DNA of 64,000 nt from Longimicrobiales bacterium (GTDB lineage: Bacteria; Gemmatimonadota; Gemmatimonadetes; Longimicrobiales; Gaopeijiaceae), in contig CBDFIQ010000001.1 in assembly GCA_965248195.1 (NCBI GenBank), forward strand, positions 1,216,001 through 1,280,000, read 5' to 3'. Position numbers and translations under genes: made by a program. Shown one piece after another: positions 1 to 9,502 of the stretch. Below the pieces are notes generated by a model. That model saw only the letters and a program-made list of their open reading frames with translations, was not told the origin of the DNA and ran no database searches. The stretch's first letter is position 1. Every line of letters begins with the position of its first letter.

Positions 1-13
1 GCGATCCCTCGGG

Positions 14-43
14 TTGACAGCAGGCCCCTACCCCCGCCAAAAT
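14..43 (+). promoter_or_regulatory. Candidate sigma70 promoter for the leuD/leuC-like cluster
   Basis: TTGACA (14-19), 18-nt spacer, CAAAAT (38-43). An AAGGAGG RBS lies just before the GTG at 125. Confidence 0.4.
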
Positions 44-124
44 GAGTACCTGGCTGGGGCCCGTGCTGGGACTCGGTAGGGCGCTCATCGTCGGCGTACG
101 GCGCCTGATGCAAGGAGGACCGGT

Positions 125-736
125 GTGAGAGATCTACCAGTGGTCTCAAGAGGAAGCGGCCCACGCTTCCTGCGGCATACCGGCATAACGGCGCCGCTTC
201 TAAGCGACGGATCGGAAAACCCGGATTTCGTTCTTGATCAAGAGCCTTATCGCAATGCTTCGATCCTGCTCGCTGGCGAGAACTTCGGCACCGGCAGTGC
301 GCCGGAGTCTGAGGTTTTCCGGCTTATGGCATATGGCATTCGATCGGTTATTGCGCCCAGTTTCGCACCGGCGTTCTACAACAATTGCTTGACCTACGGC
401 ATGTTGCCGGTGACTCTCGGCGAGGAAGTGATCGAAAAGCTGGCCGAGGGAGTCGTGTCGAATCCCGGGGTGGAGATGACGGTCGACCTGGAAGGGCAGG
501 TGATCGAGCTCTCCGGAATGGAACCCGTTTCCTTCAGCATGGATGCTCGAGCGCGCAACAAGCTGTTGCAGGGGTTGAGCGACCTGGATGAAATGCGTCA
601 GCACAATGAAAATGTCGTGGCGTTTCGGAACCATGATCGGAACCGGAGGCCTTGGATCTACAACCTGCGAGATGAGGTTCCACTGCCGTCGAACCTCACC
701 TCAGAGGGTAGCAAAAGCGGTGGTCGAGAAGCATGA
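125..736 (+). CDS. leuD: LeuD-like aconitase-family small (swivel) subunit, copy 1, lacking the substrate-recognition loop
   Basis: HTGITAP..DGSENPDFVL..ASILLAGENFGTGS..VIAPSF..FYNNC..GMLPV..VDLEGQ matches LeuD. The NVDTD loop is absent and GSSRE reads GSAPE. Confidence 0.8.
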   Translation: MRDLPVVSRGSGPRFLRHTGITAPLLSDGSENPDFVLDQEPYRNASILLAGENFGTGSAPESEVFRLMAYGIRSVIAPSFAPAFYNNCLTYGMLPVTLGEEVIEKLAEGVVSNPGVEMTVDLEGQVIELSGMEPVSFSMDARARNKLLQGLSDLDEMRQHNENVVAFRNHDRNRRPWIYNLRDEVPLPSNLTSEGSKSGGREA

Positions 737-773
737 GTGGCGGTCTACGTAGACTTTTAGGGAGGAACACGTC

Positions 774-2270
774 ATGAAAAGAAGGAACTTCATCAAGACG
801 TCCGTAGGGGCAGGGTTCGCGGTGTCGACTAATCCCTTTGCGGCTCGCTCCGATCAGTTAGCGCCGCTCAGCCAAGCCCAGGTGCCAGCCACGATGTTCG
901 ACAAGATCTGGGATGCACACGTGGTGACGAACCTCGGCGGGCGCACCGATCTGCTCCAGGTCGACCGGTGTATCGGTGGTAGTCCCAATCAGGTGTTGGA
1001 TCTGCTGGAGCAGGGTGTCGAGGTCGCGAATCCCGAGATCTTCTTTAACGTGCCCGACCATGGCGTTTCCACGTCACCGGACAGGTATACGGACCGCTCG
1101 CTCGGTACGGGCTGGCAGTCGTACGAGGAGCATGCCGACCGGATGAGGGAGATGGGCTTCAACACCTTCGGCCAGTTCGATCCCAGACACGGCATCCAGC
1201 ACGTGGTCGGCCCCGAGACCGGGTTGAGCCAGCCAGGCATGGTGCTCTGTGCCGGCGACAGCCACACCTGCACGCACGGGGCGATGGGCTTGATCTCCTG
1301 GGGTGGAGAAAGCTCAAACAACATTCTCCGCACGGGGACGGTCATCCGGCTCCATCCGATGACCATGCGCGTCAACGTCGTGGGCAGGCTGGGCCCCGGA
1401 CTCAGATCGAAGGATATCATCCTTCGTATTATCTCCCAGCTCGGTACGGACTCGGGCTCTGGCTACGCGGTGGAGTACGCCGGTCCCGTTGTGCGGGCCC
1501 TGCCCCAGGAGGCCCGGTTCACCATCTGCAATCTCGCCGTGGAGATGGCTTCTCTGACGGGAATGGTGGGTCCCGACGACACGACGTTCGAGTGGATGGC
1601 GGGTCGGGAGTTCGCCCCCGCAGACCGCTACTGGGATCAGGCCCTGAGGTTCTGGCGAACCGTGCCCACCGACGAGGGCGCGGTGTTCGACCGGGAAGAG
1701 ACGATCGACATGACTGGGGTGGAGCCGCAGGTCACGTGGGGCATCAATCCCGAGCACGCCATAGGGATCGGCGACCGCATTCCCGATCCCGACGAGGCGC
1801 CCGCGCAGAAGCGGGAGACGTACCGGCAGGCCATTGAGTACAGCCGCCTCACCCCGGGTGAGCCTATTCTCGGAACGCCGCTCGACGAAGTGTTCATCGG
1901 ATCCTGCGCCGAGAGTCGAATCAGTGATCTTCGCGCCGCAGCTGAAGTGGTCCGCGGCCGCCGGGTCGCATCCAACATCGTCTCCGCGTGGGTCGTTCCA
2001 GGGTCACAGCCGGTCAAGCGTCAGGCAGAGGCTGAGGGCCTTGACCGCATCTTCAGGGAGGCGGGATTCGAGTGGCAGGAGCCCAGCTGCTCGAAGTGCT
2101 ACGGCTCGAACGGTGACTATGTCACGCGGGGTAACCGCTGCATATCGAACTCCAATCGCAACTACATCGGCCGCCAGGGCGGAGGCACCAACACCATTCT
2201 GGCCAGCACCTCCACGGTAGCCGCTTCGGCCATCGCCGGTCACATCGCCGACGTGCGAACCTACCTGTAG
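774..2270 (+). CDS. leuC: LeuC-like aconitase-family [4Fe-4S] large subunit with a twin-arginine signal peptide
   Basis: TMFDKIWDAH, GIQHVVGPE, GDSHTCTHGA, FIGSC and CSKC (three cluster Cys), SNRNYIGRQG. N-terminus MKRRNFIK. GGAGGA RBS. Confidence 0.9.
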   Translation: MKRRNFIKTSVGAGFAVSTNPFAARSDQLAPLSQAQVPATMFDKIWDAHVVTNLGGRTDLLQVDRCIGGSPNQVLDLLEQGVEVANPEIFFNVPDHGVSTSPDRYTDRSLGTGWQSYEEHADRMREMGFNTFGQFDPRHGIQHVVGPETGLSQPGMVLCAGDSHTCTHGAMGLISWGGESSNNILRTGTVIRLHPMTMRVNVVGRLGPGLRSKDIILRIISQLGTDSGSGYAVEYAGPVVRALPQEARFTICNLAVEMASLTGMVGPDDTTFEWMAGREFAPADRYWDQALRFWRTVPTDEGAVFDREETIDMTGVEPQVTWGINPEHAIGIGDRIPDPDEAPAQKRETYRQAIEYSRLTPGEPILGTPLDEVFIGSCAESRISDLRAAAEVVRGRRVASNIVSAWVVPGSQPVKRQAEAEGLDRIFREAGFEWQEPSCSKCYGSNGDYVTRGNRCISNSNRNYIGRQGGGTNTILASTSTVAASAIAGHIADVRTYL

Positions 2271-2297
2271 AGAAGAGGCCTGTAGAGGAGACCGAGA

Positions 2298-2984
2298 ATG
2301 ACCATGCAACAGACTAACCAGCAGAGAGGTCCGCGAAGAGGAGGCCAACGCTTTGTAAGGCACGTCGGCTTGGCGGCGCCGTTCATGTTTAACAACGTGA
2401 GCACGGACGTCTCCAGTCCGGGGGGCGCAGCGACTGGCCTCGCCGGCGTGGGTATAGATACCGCAGCCGAGCTCGCTTTCGCCAACATCCGGTATTTCGC
2501 TGACGGATCTGAAAGGCCGGACTTCGTTTTTAATCAAGAGCAGTATCGCAGTGCCTCGATCATGATCGTTGGTCTGAACTATGGCACGGGCAGCTCGCGC
2601 TCGGGCGCGATCACGCGGCCCCTGGAAGCGTGGGGAGTACGAGTATACATCGGGGAAAGCTTCGGACCGATCTTCTTGACCAACGCGATGCAGTACGGCG
2701 TGTTGACTGTGGAACTTCCCCGGCCGACGGTCGATAGGATCGCGGACTGGGTCCGGGCGAACCCGGGAATACCGATGGCGGTGGATCTGGAAAGGCAGGT
2801 GATCGAGATGCCCGGCTTGGAGCCCGTTCCCTTCCAGACCGAAGCCAGAACGCGCAACAAGCTGTTGACCGCTGTGGACGACCTGGAAGAAATCAATCCA
2901 CACCTGCCGGCGGCCAGGACGAAGAGAGCGGAGGACGAGAGAGCGCGTCCCTGGGTCTATGATTATCGTGGCACTGGCCGCTGA
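2298..2984 (+). CDS. leuD: LeuD-like small subunit, copy 2
   Basis: HVGLAAP, NVSTD, RY..DGSERPDFV, NYGTGSSRS, GESFGPIF, VDLERQ. AGGAG RBS. Confidence 0.85.
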   Translation: MTMQQTNQQRGPRRGGQRFVRHVGLAAPFMFNNVSTDVSSPGGAATGLAGVGIDTAAELAFANIRYFADGSERPDFVFNQEQYRSASIMIVGLNYGTGSSRSGAITRPLEAWGVRVYIGESFGPIFLTNAMQYGVLTVELPRPTVDRIADWVRANPGIPMAVDLERQVIEMPGLEPVPFQTEARTRNKLLTAVDDLEEINPHLPAARTKRAEDERARPWVYDYRGTGR

Positions 2985-3059
2985 GGCGCTTGTTGTGGGG
3001 TGAGCCCGCCGCTCGCTAAACTTGCCCGCTCGGGAAGCTGAATTGACGGCAAAGGAGCT

Positions 3060-3770
3060 GTGACCATCCTTCAAACTGCCCCGCAGTTCGTGCGGCATAC
3101 CGGCATCGCGGCGCCTTTCATGCAACGCGACGTCGAAGGCGAGTACATCGCCCCAGTGGGTCCTGAACTTCAGGACCTTCACGCTGTGCATTTGGACCCG
3201 GGCGCGGCAGTGCTCGAGCCGCACACCCACGACGGTTCATGGGCCGGGCAACACGCCTTCCATGGCTTCCGATACCGACCCGACGGATCGGAAGATCCGG
3301 ATTTCGTCCTCAATCAGGAGCCTTATCGTAATGCTTCGATCCTGCTCGCTGGTCGGGACTTCGGCCGTGGCAGCCTACAGGCGTTTGCGGTCATCCGGCT
3401 CATGCAGTGCGGCATGCGAGCGGTCATCGCGCCCAGCTTCGGAACGGTGTTCTATGATGACTGCTTTGACTACGGTCTGTTACCGGTGACTCTCGGCGAA
3501 GAGGTGGTCGGAAGGATCGCTGACGGCGTCAGGGCGAATCCCGAAGTGGTAATGTCGGTCGACCTCGCGAGGCAGGTGATCGAGCGCCCGGGTATGGAAC
3601 GCATTTCCTTCCAGATTGACTCCAGACGACGCGTGAATCTGCTACAGGGCTTGGACATCACCCTGGATGAACGGCTTCAGCACAGCGACAGCGCCGCGGC
3701 GATGAGGAGCCAGGATCGGAGCGCACGGCCCTGGATCTACGACACTCGTGGTGACCGAAATCCTCCCTGA
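3060..3770 (+). CDS. leuD: LeuD-like small subunit, copy 3, with a His-rich expanded loop
   Basis: HTGIAAP..FRYRPDGSEDPDFVLNQEPYRNASILLAGRDFGRGS..VIAPSFG. AAGGAG RBS before GTG. Confidence 0.85.
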   Translation: MTILQTAPQFVRHTGIAAPFMQRDVEGEYIAPVGPELQDLHAVHLDPGAAVLEPHTHDGSWAGQHAFHGFRYRPDGSEDPDFVLNQEPYRNASILLAGRDFGRGSLQAFAVIRLMQCGMRAVIAPSFGTVFYDDCFDYGLLPVTLGEEVVGRIADGVRANPEVVMSVDLARQVIERPGMERISFQIDSRRRVNLLQGLDITLDERLQHSDSAAAMRSQDRSARPWIYDTRGDRNPP

Positions 3771-3808
3771 GGCACTCCAACTGGAGTGGAGAGCCTCGGG
3801 CCGGCCAC

Positions 3809-5749
3809 TCATTCGATGATTGCCAGGCGCCGGAGGTCCCGCTCCGCGAGTAGTCGGAGCCACTCGTAGACGTCGATCTCGCTGTTCGCGGCGATGAGAA
3901 GATGAGGCCTGGCCTGATCCGGTCCGCCGAATCCGAGCCAGCGCTCCGTTGCCTCGGTGGCCTTTTCCTCGAGCCCTGGACGAGAGGCCAAGAAATCGTA
4001 TTCGAACGCTTCGAACCCGGGGAGTTTGACAATCGATCGATAGGCCACCTGCCGGGTCGCCGAATACGAATCCGTGAGGAGCTGCGCCAGATACGCGGCC
4101 ATCCAAGTACCGTCCGACGCGTCCCGAGCCGCGTCCCAGCCCAGGTGCCAGGCGAGGATCGTGCGCTGGGCCGCATCACCCTTCAGCGTCCAGAGGATTG
4201 AGGCGGCGATGGATCGCTCGTCCTCGTCCAGCTCCACGAGGGGCTGGCCGTACCACTCCTTCAGGTACCGACTCGACCACTCCAGAGTCTGGTCGAGGTG
4301 ACAGAGGTTGCACGCGTTGGGACGCCCGCTCTCCACCGAGACCTGAACGCTAGGATTGTCGATCCGGTGGCTCCGCATGGCTGAAAAGAGGCCGTACGTG
4401 GTGTGTGGCATGTGACAGTTCATGCACTCGCTGCCCGAAGACTCGGGAAGGTGTCGGGTGTGCTCCGAGATCTCGTCGGCGAAGTCCGTGTGGCAGTTCA
4501 GGCACGACCGGTTTCCGGCGACCTCGGGATCGAGCTGGGTGTCGGAGGCCTCGTACTCGTGCATTGAATGGCACGAAAGGCACGTCAGCTCGCTCGCTCC
4601 GAGGTGGGCGTCTTCCAGGAGGCCGTTGTACTCCCGACCCGCGACCCGAATCGTTCCGTCGGCCCAGAAATTGCCTTCTAGGGCGAGGGGATCGCTCCCC
4701 AGCATCTCCGCCAGTAGCGGATCTTCGGGGTCCTCCGTGTAGCGGAACACGGACCTGTACTCGTGCAGTTCGTCTCCGGCTCGGAACGGCACCCCATCCC
4801 TCCCGTACGCTCGCTGATCCGTCCACTCTCCGAAACTGTGGCATTGAGCGCACGTCTCCACGGAGCGGTGGGGCTCGAGCTTCTCGGGGTTGACGATGGT
4901 CGGATCGCGGGCGTCGGGATCCCGCAACCGGCGAAAGTACCGGAGATAGCGCCTTACCGGCGACTGATAGAAACGGACGTGCTCCTCGGCCGGACCGTGG
5001 CAGGCCTCGCACGCGATGCCCAGCTCCACCGTCCGGGTGTCGAAGCGGCCGAGGTCCGTCAGAACCCGGGGCTCGGTCCCTACCGAGTGGCACTGGGAGC
5101 AGGTACCGTTCCAGGGTGTAGCTCCCTGGACGGAGGAGCTCGGTGGCCTGAGAAACGAATCCTGGTTGGGGATCCATCTCGCCTCGGGAATCAGCCAGAC
5201 CCATGGGACCTGGACGAGTGCGCCACTGTCGGGCCCGAGAGGGCCCTCGGCCTCCTCCGGTCTGCGTATCCAGTAGTTCTGTATGTGGTGAGAGCCCGTG
5301 GTCATCACCACCCGGGCCTCGAAGCGCGGTGGGCTCTCGGGCCAATCCTCGTGCAAGCGCTGCATGAACTCGGCTGGTTGGTCGAACCAGAGGGGGTCCG
5401 GCATCTCGACCCAGAACTCGTCGCCCCGACGCTCGAGGCGCCACCGGTAGCCGCGGTCCTCGAGGACGACGTCGTCGAACATGCCCAGCACCGTGGAAGG
5501 CGTAACCGCCTGCGTCATGGTCCGATGGTAGGAACGGTGCCAGGCGTCGTACTGAGCCGGATGGCACGACTGGCACGTGACCGAGGTCGTGAACCCTTCC
5601 CCCATCGTCTGCTCCGGAAGGTCCTCCCTCAGGTCTTCGTCCACGTCCGGGCTCCAGAGAAGCCCCCCGCCGACCGCGAGCAGCGCGCAGACGACGAGGA
5701 CGATGCGGTAGGAGCGCTTCAAGGAGCCGGACGACGAAATGTGGGCCAT
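3809..5749 (-). CDS. Membrane-anchored or exported octaheme c-type cytochrome (c554/c552-like multiheme family)
   Basis: Eight CxxCH motifs: CQSCH, CSQCH, CEACH, CAQCH, CLSCH, CLNCH, CMNCH, CNLCH. N-terminal hydrophobic segment. Confidence 0.9.
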   Translation of the reverse strand: MAHISSSGSLKRSYRIVLVVCALLAVGGGLLWSPDVDEDLREDLPEQTMGEGFTTSVTCQSCHPAQYDAWHRSYHRTMTQAVTPSTVLGMFDDVVLEDRGYRWRLERRGDEFWVEMPDPLWFDQPAEFMQRLHEDWPESPPRFEARVVMTTGSHHIQNYWIRRPEEAEGPLGPDSGALVQVPWVWLIPEARWIPNQDSFLRPPSSSVQGATPWNGTCSQCHSVGTEPRVLTDLGRFDTRTVELGIACEACHGPAEEHVRFYQSPVRRYLRYFRRLRDPDARDPTIVNPEKLEPHRSVETCAQCHSFGEWTDQRAYGRDGVPFRAGDELHEYRSVFRYTEDPEDPLLAEMLGSDPLALEGNFWADGTIRVAGREYNGLLEDAHLGASELTCLSCHSMHEYEASDTQLDPEVAGNRSCLNCHTDFADEISEHTRHLPESSGSECMNCHMPHTTYGLFSAMRSHRIDNPSVQVSVESGRPNACNLCHLDQTLEWSSRYLKEWYGQPLVELDEDERSIAASILWTLKGDAAQRTILAWHLGWDAARDASDGTWMAAYLAQLLTDSYSATRQVAYRSIVKLPGFEAFEYDFLASRPGLEEKATEATERWLGFGGPDQARPHLLIAANSEIDVYEWLRLLAERDLRRLAIIE

Positions 5750-5984
5750 GGCCAGATCGATAGACGGGCTTCATCTCCGTCGGATCGACGCCTTCGGCTT
5801 CCAGGACGCACCGACTCGCGAGATGATCTCGGGGTCACGTGGGCGTTGGAAGATCTGAAGCCCACGGGTGGCGACAAGGTAGGGGTTGCCGGTGCCGACC
5901 GACAGATACATGCTTGACCGGCGGCCCGACGCCCTCGGGAAATTTGGGGCGCTCGATGATGGAAGAGGTGGAGGAAAAGGGGAG

Positions 5985-6563
5985 ATGACGCGCCGAAACG
6001 ATGAGGCGGAGCAAGGCGCCGTGGCCGGAGTGGAAGGCGTGGGTGCCACCCTGCGGGAGTACCACACCTTTCTGCTCCGGTGGGGCACCTCGGACGAGAT
6101 CGGTGAGCGAATCGCCGAGCTTCGTAGGATCGCATCCTGGTGGGCGTCCAAGGAAGTGCCGGCCGAGGATGACGAGGCGGGCAGCCAGCTCGACACGGCG
6201 TTGGAACGGCTTACGACCGTTCGACAGACCGCGCAAGCGGTCGAGACGGCCCTCGACGAAGGGGGCTATGAGTTCGACAGGCACCTCCGGGTGCTGAGAG
6301 GGCGAAAGCGACCCGCCGTGGACGGGGACGTGCCGCGTGAGAGGGCACAGACTCTGCTTTCCCAGACCATCGTCGACGTCTTCGAGCAACTGAAGGAGCA
6401 GGGACGGCCGGATGAGAACACCCGGGAGCTCCGAATCGAGATCCGAGCCCGCCTGGCTCACTCCCTTCACCCCGAGCTCCTGTCCGACGGCGTGATCGAG
6501 ACCGCGGTGGATGAGGATCTGAATCCCGACCAGCGGATTGGTCAGCAGCCTGGGATGGTCTAG
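5985..6563 (+). CDS. Hypothetical helical protein
   Basis: Open frame (track start 5886). The ATG at 5985 follows a purine-rich RBS. No recognisable motif. Confidence 0.55.
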   Translation: MTRRNDEAEQGAVAGVEGVGATLREYHTFLLRWGTSDEIGERIAELRRIASWWASKEVPAEDDEAGSQLDTALERLTTVRQTAQAVETALDEGGYEFDRHLRVLRGRKRPAVDGDVPRERAQTLLSQTIVDVFEQLKEQGRPDENTRELRIEIRARLAHSLHPELLSDGVIETAVDEDLNPDQRIGQQPGMV

Positions 6564-6737
6564 CGACCACAAGCCGATAGAATCGGATCAGGTGGCCCTG
6601 GGTCTAGGTGAACGCGCCTGGCGCCAATCGCTGAGGCCTTAGGCGGGAGCCGGCCCTTTTCGCCGACCGGGACTACAGGATGGTCGGGCCGTCACGAGGC
6701 GGGCGGGTGACCGCCGTGCTGCTTTGCGTGGATGCGC

Positions 6738-7706
6738 CTAGGGTGTGACGGTGACGTTCACGTAGGCGTTCGTCCAGCAACACTGGTTGGCAAAGCTCCC
6801 GTTGAGCACCTGCACGAGCAGCACATAGTCGCCAGGCTGGCTGAACGTCACCCGCGTCGTATGCTCGATGGGAACCATACCCACTTCGATCCGACTGCTT
6901 TCGGGGGCGAAACTCACGTCACCCCGTGGTCCACTAAACTTTATCCAGCTCAAGCTTTGTCGGGAAAGACCACGTTCCTCATCCTGGCTGCGTTGTAGGC
7001 CGCCTATCGTCATGCTCGCCAGGGCACTCGAAATCGTAATGGGGACCGGAGCTCCGACCCGAGCAGTGACGGGTCCCAACGTGATCCCACCTTTTCCTCT
7101 CCCTTCCGGTCCGGATGGCTCGATGAACCGGACCACCGGTGCCGCACGATCTCCCCCGAAACCGCGATTCCCTTCGAATTCCCCCATCGCCACTCCTACG
7201 GAGTTTTCGAGATTGTCGATCATGTACGATCGGACCGTGATGTGGCCTGGCACGCGATAGGTCTGACCATCGATTCGTAGGTTCCACCAAACGCGCTCAC
7301 TCCCTATGTCCGCTGGGACGTTTACGACGAAGACGCAGGTTTTGCCCTCAAGCTGACGTGTCGGGACGAGATCGCGCGGTCCCTGGGCTGTGAAGTGGGT
7401 GGGCTGAGCCCCGTTAAAGCGGGCGGGCTCGATGAAGTTGTCCGGCCCGACCGGGATGTCCAGCACCTCTTGCCGGTTCAGGCTGAAGTAACCGAAGCAG
7501 AGGTCGTAGGTGCCGTCCTCATTGGGATACCATCCCTCGAATATCGGAAGGACGGGCTGACCGGAATCGCGCACGGTTCGTATCTTCAGGTCCATTTGCA
7601 TCAGGGGATGCTCTGGCACGAGCTGCGCATCCAACGCTGGCACGTTGGCCAGCACGAGCCCGACAATCAGAAGTCCCGTCGCGGCCGACAGGAATCGAGA
7701 TATCAT
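6738..7706 (-). CDS. Secreted 'CCWTN' protein (monooxygenase partner), copy 1, with a probable Ig/PKD-like C-terminal domain
   Basis: Signal peptide ending ALDA-Q. Motifs PIFEGWYPNxDGTY, GPDNFIEP, QPTxF, FSQPGDY and CCWTNAY are shared with the genes at 40377 and 61177. Confidence 0.85.
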   Translation of the reverse strand: MISRFLSAATGLLIVGLVLANVPALDAQLVPEHPLMQMDLKIRTVRDSGQPVLPIFEGWYPNEDGTYDLCFGYFSLNRQEVLDIPVGPDNFIEPARFNGAQPTHFTAQGPRDLVPTRQLEGKTCVFVVNVPADIGSERVWWNLRIDGQTYRVPGHITVRSYMIDNLENSVGVAMGEFEGNRGFGGDRAAPVVRFIEPSGPEGRGKGGITLGPVTARVGAPVPITISSALASMTIGGLQRSQDEERGLSRQSLSWIKFSGPRGDVSFAPESSRIEVGMVPIEHTTRVTFSQPGDYVLLVQVLNGSFANQCCWTNAYVNVTVTP

Positions 7707-7910
7707 CGTCACAGCTTCCTTCTGAACGGAGAAACCTTCTGACAAACCGGCTAGTCTCGTAATCTACGATCGTGCGAAAGCCCGAGAAAGGACCCGACCC
7801 CGGCGAATAAAACAAAGGGGTGCGTCCAAATCCTCTGGGACACACCCCTCACCTTGCTCAAGACAGCGGACAGCAGCGGCCAAGCTCCCAGTTGATCTGG
7901 AGAGCCGGTG

Positions 7911-9317
7911 CTACCTCGATGCTATCGGCCTCCCCCCCTCCCTGTCAGCAACCAGCCGTGCGAAATCTTCGTCGCTGTAAAACGTCATCCCTAGCCGCAA
8001 TCTCCACATCTCATCGACCGTGCGGGAGCGGCCCAACACCCACTGGTCGGGATCAGGATTCTGGGCATTGTTCGTCGTGTTATCAAAGACCGTTGTGATC
8101 ATGATCGTCGTGCCCTCTGGCCACAGAGGCGCCCAATCGTCCTCGTAAATGAACTGCGTATGCCAACGCTGGTCCCAGTCGAGCTTGTTGATCAATTCAT
8201 ACCGGCCGTCGGGGTAGAGCACCTCCAAAATGTTGTAACCGCCGAGCAGGTGCATGTGTCCCCGGAGCGCGTGAACCTTGGCGTTCCCTTCGAGACGGAC
8301 AGCGGTCTTGTAAATCGCCTGGCTGTTCGGCGGAATGATGAGCGGATTATCCTCCATTCCCGCCATCGACGTTTGGTCGAAAACGATGTCGCCCTCGGTC
8401 GGATACGGGATCTCCCCCTCCGGATACAGCCACACCCCGACCTGCAACGAGACATCTTCTAGGTCTTCCGTAAGCCTGGCCGGGTAGAAATGCGGGTTGA
8501 ACAGGACCTGATCTCCCTCCTTCAGGAGTCTTCCGGTACCCTCGGGGTAGATCGCGCCCCTCACACCGACCGCCGCCTCTGCCAGCTGATCCCGCTGAGT
8601 GGCCCTAATCTCCGGAGGCGGCTGATGGGTTCCCGGTCCCTGGTACACGTCTTCCGGCATCCGATTGATCACTCTAGCCGAGCCGTGGTGGAAGACCCCA
8701 TAAAATTCCGGCTTCGTGGCCTTGAGCTCCACGGCCCTGACCCACCGCTCACCCGTGATCCCTAGCTCTGGCGTCATTTCCACGGGATACAAGTTGGGCC
8801 ACTGGTCCATCCCGTTGGCCCTGACGGTGTATCCAGGGGAAGTGATGATCACATCCGGCTCACGACCCAACTCATCCTCGAATGCCCACGTCCCGCCCCA
8901 CCCGGGGAGAGCCGGGTTCGGCAGAAGATCGGCCGGATCACCCAGAGGAGCGCCCGCATCCACCCACTGCACGATCGTTTCGATCTCATCGTCTGTGAGG
9001 GACGGGTCGTTCTTGAAGTGCTGGATCCCCACCCCGACATCCAACGGCCAAGGCGGCATGAATCGGTTCGACACCTGATACTTGATCAGGGGCGCGAACG
9101 ACCGCACGTCTTCATAGGTCAAGAGGGTCATCGGAGCAACGCTGCCCTCGCGATGGCACACTTGGCAGTTCTGCTGAAGGATCGGTGCCACGTCCTTCGC
9201 GTACGTGACAGCGTCAGCGGATTGAGGTGCAACCGGCGACGGCATCGCGATCACCCCAGTCCCCCCCAAAAGGAACCAACCAAGCAATGCTTGGAACCGC
9301 TTCGCCTCTCTCATCAT
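7911..9317 (-). CDS. Heme c-fused copper type II (PHM/DBH-like) monooxygenase, copy 1 (Arg type)
   Basis: Signal peptide, CQVCH and MPPW (cytochrome c). CuH ligands VFHH and HFYP. CuM ligands RGHMH and DEM. TAAGGAG RBS before the ATG at 9317. Confidence 0.9.
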   Translation of the reverse strand: MMREAKRFQALLGWFLLGGTGVIAMPSPVAPQSADAVTYAKDVAPILQQNCQVCHREGSVAPMTLLTYEDVRSFAPLIKYQVSNRFMPPWPLDVGVGIQHFKNDPSLTDDEIETIVQWVDAGAPLGDPADLLPNPALPGWGGTWAFEDELGREPDVIITSPGYTVRANGMDQWPNLYPVEMTPELGITGERWVRAVELKATKPEFYGVFHHGSARVINRMPEDVYQGPGTHQPPPEIRATQRDQLAEAAVGVRGAIYPEGTGRLLKEGDQVLFNPHFYPARLTEDLEDVSLQVGVWLYPEGEIPYPTEGDIVFDQTSMAGMEDNPLIIPPNSQAIYKTAVRLEGNAKVHALRGHMHLLGGYNILEVLYPDGRYELINKLDWDQRWHTQFIYEDDWAPLWPEGTTIMITTVFDNTTNNAQNPDPDQWVLGRSRTVDEMWRLRLGMTFYSDEDFARLVADREGGRPIASR

Positions 9318-9502
9318 CGGGTGCTCCTTATCGGGTGCTTCTTGCCGTTGAGTCGCGAAGCGACTCTTCCCCAATACTGCCGCGCATCCCATCTCGCTCA
9401 TCTGCCGTCAGCCACGTTGGAAACAATGGCATCAGATACATATTTTACGGCGATCTGAGCCGAGGACGCAAGGCACTGTCGGGTCGGGCGCACGCTGATC
9501 CC

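Noticed and set aside
125..3770. Leucine biosynthesis operon
   Set aside because: No leuA or leuB is present. The large subunit has a Tat signal and the substrate-binding motifs are altered. The gene symbols denote family only.
2004..5917. Long alternative-frame ORFs (2004-3230, 4350-5774, 4763-5917; likewise 30562-31950, 48399-49412, 55325-56317)
   Set aside because: These are shadow ORFs typical of high-GC DNA. They overlap well-supported genes and carry no motifs.
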